Shown here piece after piece: positions 23,780 to 25,742 of a DNA stretch of 25,742 nucleotides. The DNA is from an uncultured Erysipelotrichaceae bacterium (GTDB lineage: Bacteria > Bacillota_I > Bacilli_A > Erysipelotrichales > Erysipelotrichaceae): the NCBI GenBank assembly GCA_964457525.1, contig CAYWGS010000013.1, positions 1 through 25,742 on the forward strand. Reading direction: 5' to 3'. The first letter of the stretch is position 1. Each line of letters starts with the position of its first letter. Made by a program: the position numbers and the translations under genes. The notes under the pieces were generated by a model, which worked only from the letters and a program-made list of their open reading frames with translations, was not told the DNA's origin and searched no databases.

Positions 23780-25270
23780 ATGGAAGAACACACATTAAAT
23801 GAGTATGAGCGTATTCGACGCGAGAAAATGCAGGCATTAAAGGACAAAGGAATTGATCCTTTTGGTTCTGCGTTTAAGACAACCCATCATAGTTTAGAAA
23901 TACTTACAAAGTATGAACATAACACGAAAGAAGAAATTGCAGAAATCAATGAACATGTGATTATTGCAGGTCGTATTATGACAAAACGTGAAATGGGTAA
24001 AGCTGGCTTCATGCATTTGTTAGATCGTGATGGACAAATTCAAGTTTATGTTCGTAAAGATTCACTCACAGAACTTGAGTTTGAAGTCTTTACTGAAGCT
24101 GACTTAGGGGATATTATTGGGATTGAAGGTCATGTCTTTAGAACCAATCATGGTGAAATATCTGTTAAAGCAGAAAAGTTAACTCACCTAACGAAAGCAC
24201 TTAGACCTTTACCAGATAAATTCCATGGTTTAGCGGATGTGGAAGAACGTTATCGTAGACGTTATGTCGATTTAATCGTGAATGAAAATGCGCGTCGTGT
24301 CGCAATGTTACGTCCTAGAATTATTCGTGCTCTTCAACACTATTTTGATGGACTAGGCATGATTGAAGTTGAAACACCTGTTCTACAACCTATTTTAGGG
24401 GGTGCTGCAGCTCGTCCTTTCGTAACCCATCACAATACCTTGGATATGGATTTCTACCTTAGAATCGCTACAGAATTACCTCTAAAGCGATTAATCGTTG
24501 GTGGATTAGAAGGTGTATATGAAATTGGACGTTTATTCCGTAATGAAGGTATGAGTCCAAAGCACAATCCTGAATTCACAACGGTTGAAGCTTACTTAGC
24601 ATACTCTGATATGCCAGGTATGATGGAAGTCATAGAAAACTGTTTAGAATCCGTTGCGACGGAAGTATTAGGTAAAACAGAAGTTCCTTGGGCAGAGAAG
24701 ATGATTGAACTCAAAGGACCTTACCGTAGAGTCCATATGGTTGATGCGGTTAAAGAAACCTGTGGAGTTGACTTCTTTAAGATTAATACCATCGAAGAAG
24801 CACTTAAAGTTGCGAAGGAACATCATATTGAAGTTCTTAAACACCAACAATCCTTCGGTCATATCTTAAACTTATTCTTTGAACACTATGCCGAAAAAGC
24901 AATGATTCAACCAACCTTCGTTTATGGTCACCCAATTGAAATATCTCCACTTGCGAAGAAGAATCAAGAAGATCCTCGATTCACAGATCGTTTTGAACTC
25001 TTCATTGATGGACGTGAATACGCAAATGCGTTCTCTGAATTAAATGATCCAATTGATCAAAGAGAACGTTTCGAAGAACAAATGAAAGAAAAAGATTTAG
25101 GAAACGATGAAGCCAATGAAATGGATGTCGATTTCGTAGAATCCTTAGAATATGGTATGCCTCCTACCGGTGGATTAGGTATTGGTATCGACCGATTGGT
25201 TATGTTATTAACGAACTCAGAAACCATTCGTGAAGTTATCTTATTCCCACACATGAGACATAGAGACTAG
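23780..25270 (+). CDS. lysS: Lysine--tRNA ligase, class II
   Basis: Motif 2 [17 protein letters not shown] and motif 3 [12 protein letters not shown], with an N-terminal OB anticodon-binding domain. Confidence 0.97.
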   Translation: MEEHTLNEYERIRREKMQALKDKGIDPFGSAFKTTHHSLEILTKYEHNTKEEIAEINEHVIIAGRIMTKREMGKAGFMHLLDRDGQIQVYVRKDSLTELEFEVFTEADLGDIIGIEGHVFRTNHGEISVKAEKLTHLTKALRPLPDKFHGLADVEERYRRRYVDLIVNENARRVAMLRPRIIRALQHYFDGLGMIEVETPVLQPILGGAAARPFVTHHNTLDMDFYLRIATELPLKRLIVGGLEGVYEIGRLFRNEGMSPKHNPEFTTVEAYLAYSDMPGMMEVIENCLESVATEVLGKTEVPWAEKMIELKGPYRRVHMVDAVKETCGVDFFKINTIEEALKVAKEHHIEVLKHQQSFGHILNLFFEHYAEKAMIQPTFVYGHPIEISPLAKKNQEDPRFTDRFELFIDGREYANAFSELNDPIDQRERFEEQMKEKDLGNDEANEMDVDFVESLEYGMPPTGGLGIGIDRLVMLLTNSETIREVILFPHMRHRD

Positions 25271-25296
25271 AAACATGCTTAATGCATGTTTTTTTA
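25271..25296 (+). terminator. Rho-independent terminator after lysS
   Basis: AAACATGC (25271-25278), TTAAT loop, GCATGTTT (25284-25291), then a T run. Confidence 0.8.
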
Positions 25297-25304
25297 TGTT
25301 TACT

Positions 25305-25352
25305 ATTACAGTTAGTAAGTAAATAACTGTAAAAATATAAGAATTACAGTTA
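25305..25352. promoter_or_regulatory. Triple 9-10 bp repeat (direct, inverted, direct), candidate autoregulatory operator
   Basis: ATTACAGTTA occurs at 25305-25314 and again at 25343-25352. Its reverse complement TAACTGTAA is at 25324-25332. The repeats lie 22-69 nt upstream of the AbiEi-like ATG. Confidence 0.5.
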
Positions 25353-25373
25353 AATACTTATGGTGGAATATAA

Positions 25374-25742
25374 ATGTTATATAACGATTATCAATGTATT
25401 GAAATATTCGGTACTGATAGAAAATTAAAGCAAGCATTAAAGGATAAAAGAATTTATAAGATAGAAAAGGGTATTTACTCATATAATGAATTTGAACCTG
25501 AATTAGCTGTTATTTCAAAGAAATATCCTAATGCTATTTTTACACTAAATAGTGCTTTTTATTACCATGGTTTAACAGATGTGATTCCAAATCTATACTA
25601 TTTAGCTACCTCCAAAGAAATAACAAGAATTCGTGATAAAAGAGTTAAGCAAAAATTTGAAAATAGTAACGATTTAAATCTCGGTGCAATCACAATAAAA
25701 TACAATACAATTGATATTAAAATCTATAGTAAAGAAAGAATG
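25374..25742 (+). CDS. AbiEi-like antitoxin/transcriptional regulator (type IV TA / abortive infection), 3' end truncated by the window
   Basis: This ORF is absent from the supplied track because no stop codon falls in the window. I translated it by hand: MLYNDYQCIEIFGTDRKLKQALKDKRIYKIEKGIYSYNEFEPELAVISKKYPNAIFTLNSAFYYHGLTDVIPNLYYLATSKE... The pattern G-I-Y, then KYPNAIF..NSAF.YHGLTDVIP, matches the AbiEi family signature. The RBS GGTGGA (25362-25367) is present. Confidence 0.55.
   Translation, partial: MLYNDYQCIEIFGTDRKLKQALKDKRIYKIEKGIYSYNEFEPELAVISKKYPNAIFTLNSAFYYHGLTDVIPNLYYLATSKEITRIRDKRVKQKFENSNDLNLGAITIKYNTIDIKIYSKERM

Noticed and set aside
23700-23790. T-box or other leader upstream of lysS.
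   Set aside because: Only 3 nt separate the dusB stop from the lysS ATG, so there is no space for a leader RNA.
20357-25254. Antisense ORFs inside ftsH, dusB and lysS: 20357-20575, 21017-21214, 21718-21933, 22969-23247, 23655-23837, 24668-24862 and 25057-25254.
   Set aside because: Same reasoning as above: they are embedded in conserved genes, have no translation signals and match no recognisable family.

Overview
This 25.7 kb window comes from a low-GC, cell-walled Bacillota-type genome (murA and mreB are present; TGA is used as a stop codon). Every gene but one is on the + strand, and nearly all are core housekeeping. Two conserved blocks are recognisable from my memory of the Bacillus subtilis gene order. 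Block 1 is pyrG-murA-rpmE-tdk-prfA-prmC-[insert]-rpiB-glyA-upp-atpIBEFHAGDC-ywzB-like-mreB/mbl. Block 2 is tilS-hpt-ftsH-hslO-dusB-lysS. Several ORF-track starts are over-extended; I re-called them using Shine-Dalgarno spacing (pyrG, murA, glyA, atpB, atpA, atpG, atpD, mreB, hpt, the ywzB-like gene and the small membrane ORF at 3195).

Four stretches are not ordinary housekeeping:
1. An orphan MazF/PemK-like protein with a roughly 66-aa acidic N-terminal extension and no antitoxin gene. It sits exactly at the junction of the two blocks (17670-18236).
2. An AT-rich cassette between prmC and rpiB. It holds a minus-strand XRE/HTH regulator, apparently leaderless, and a divergent four-TM protein, separated by a region with repeated ATACAA/TTGTAT half-sites (6301-7326).
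3. A truncated AbiEi-like gene (type IV TA / abortive-infection antitoxin) with a triple 9-10 bp operator-like repeat. It starts right after the lysS terminator and runs off the window (25305-25742).
4. A small two-TM ORF between murA and rpmE (3195-3374).

Two regulatory or functional signals inside the core genes also stand out. The pyrG leader looks like a GGGC-initiated, CTP-sensitive reiterative-transcription attenuator. The ATP synthase c subunit carries the Q...E-T...Y signature of Na+-binding c-rings.

I found no rRNA, tRNA, CRISPR array or transposase. No similarity search was possible, so all family assignments rest on motifs I recognise by eye.
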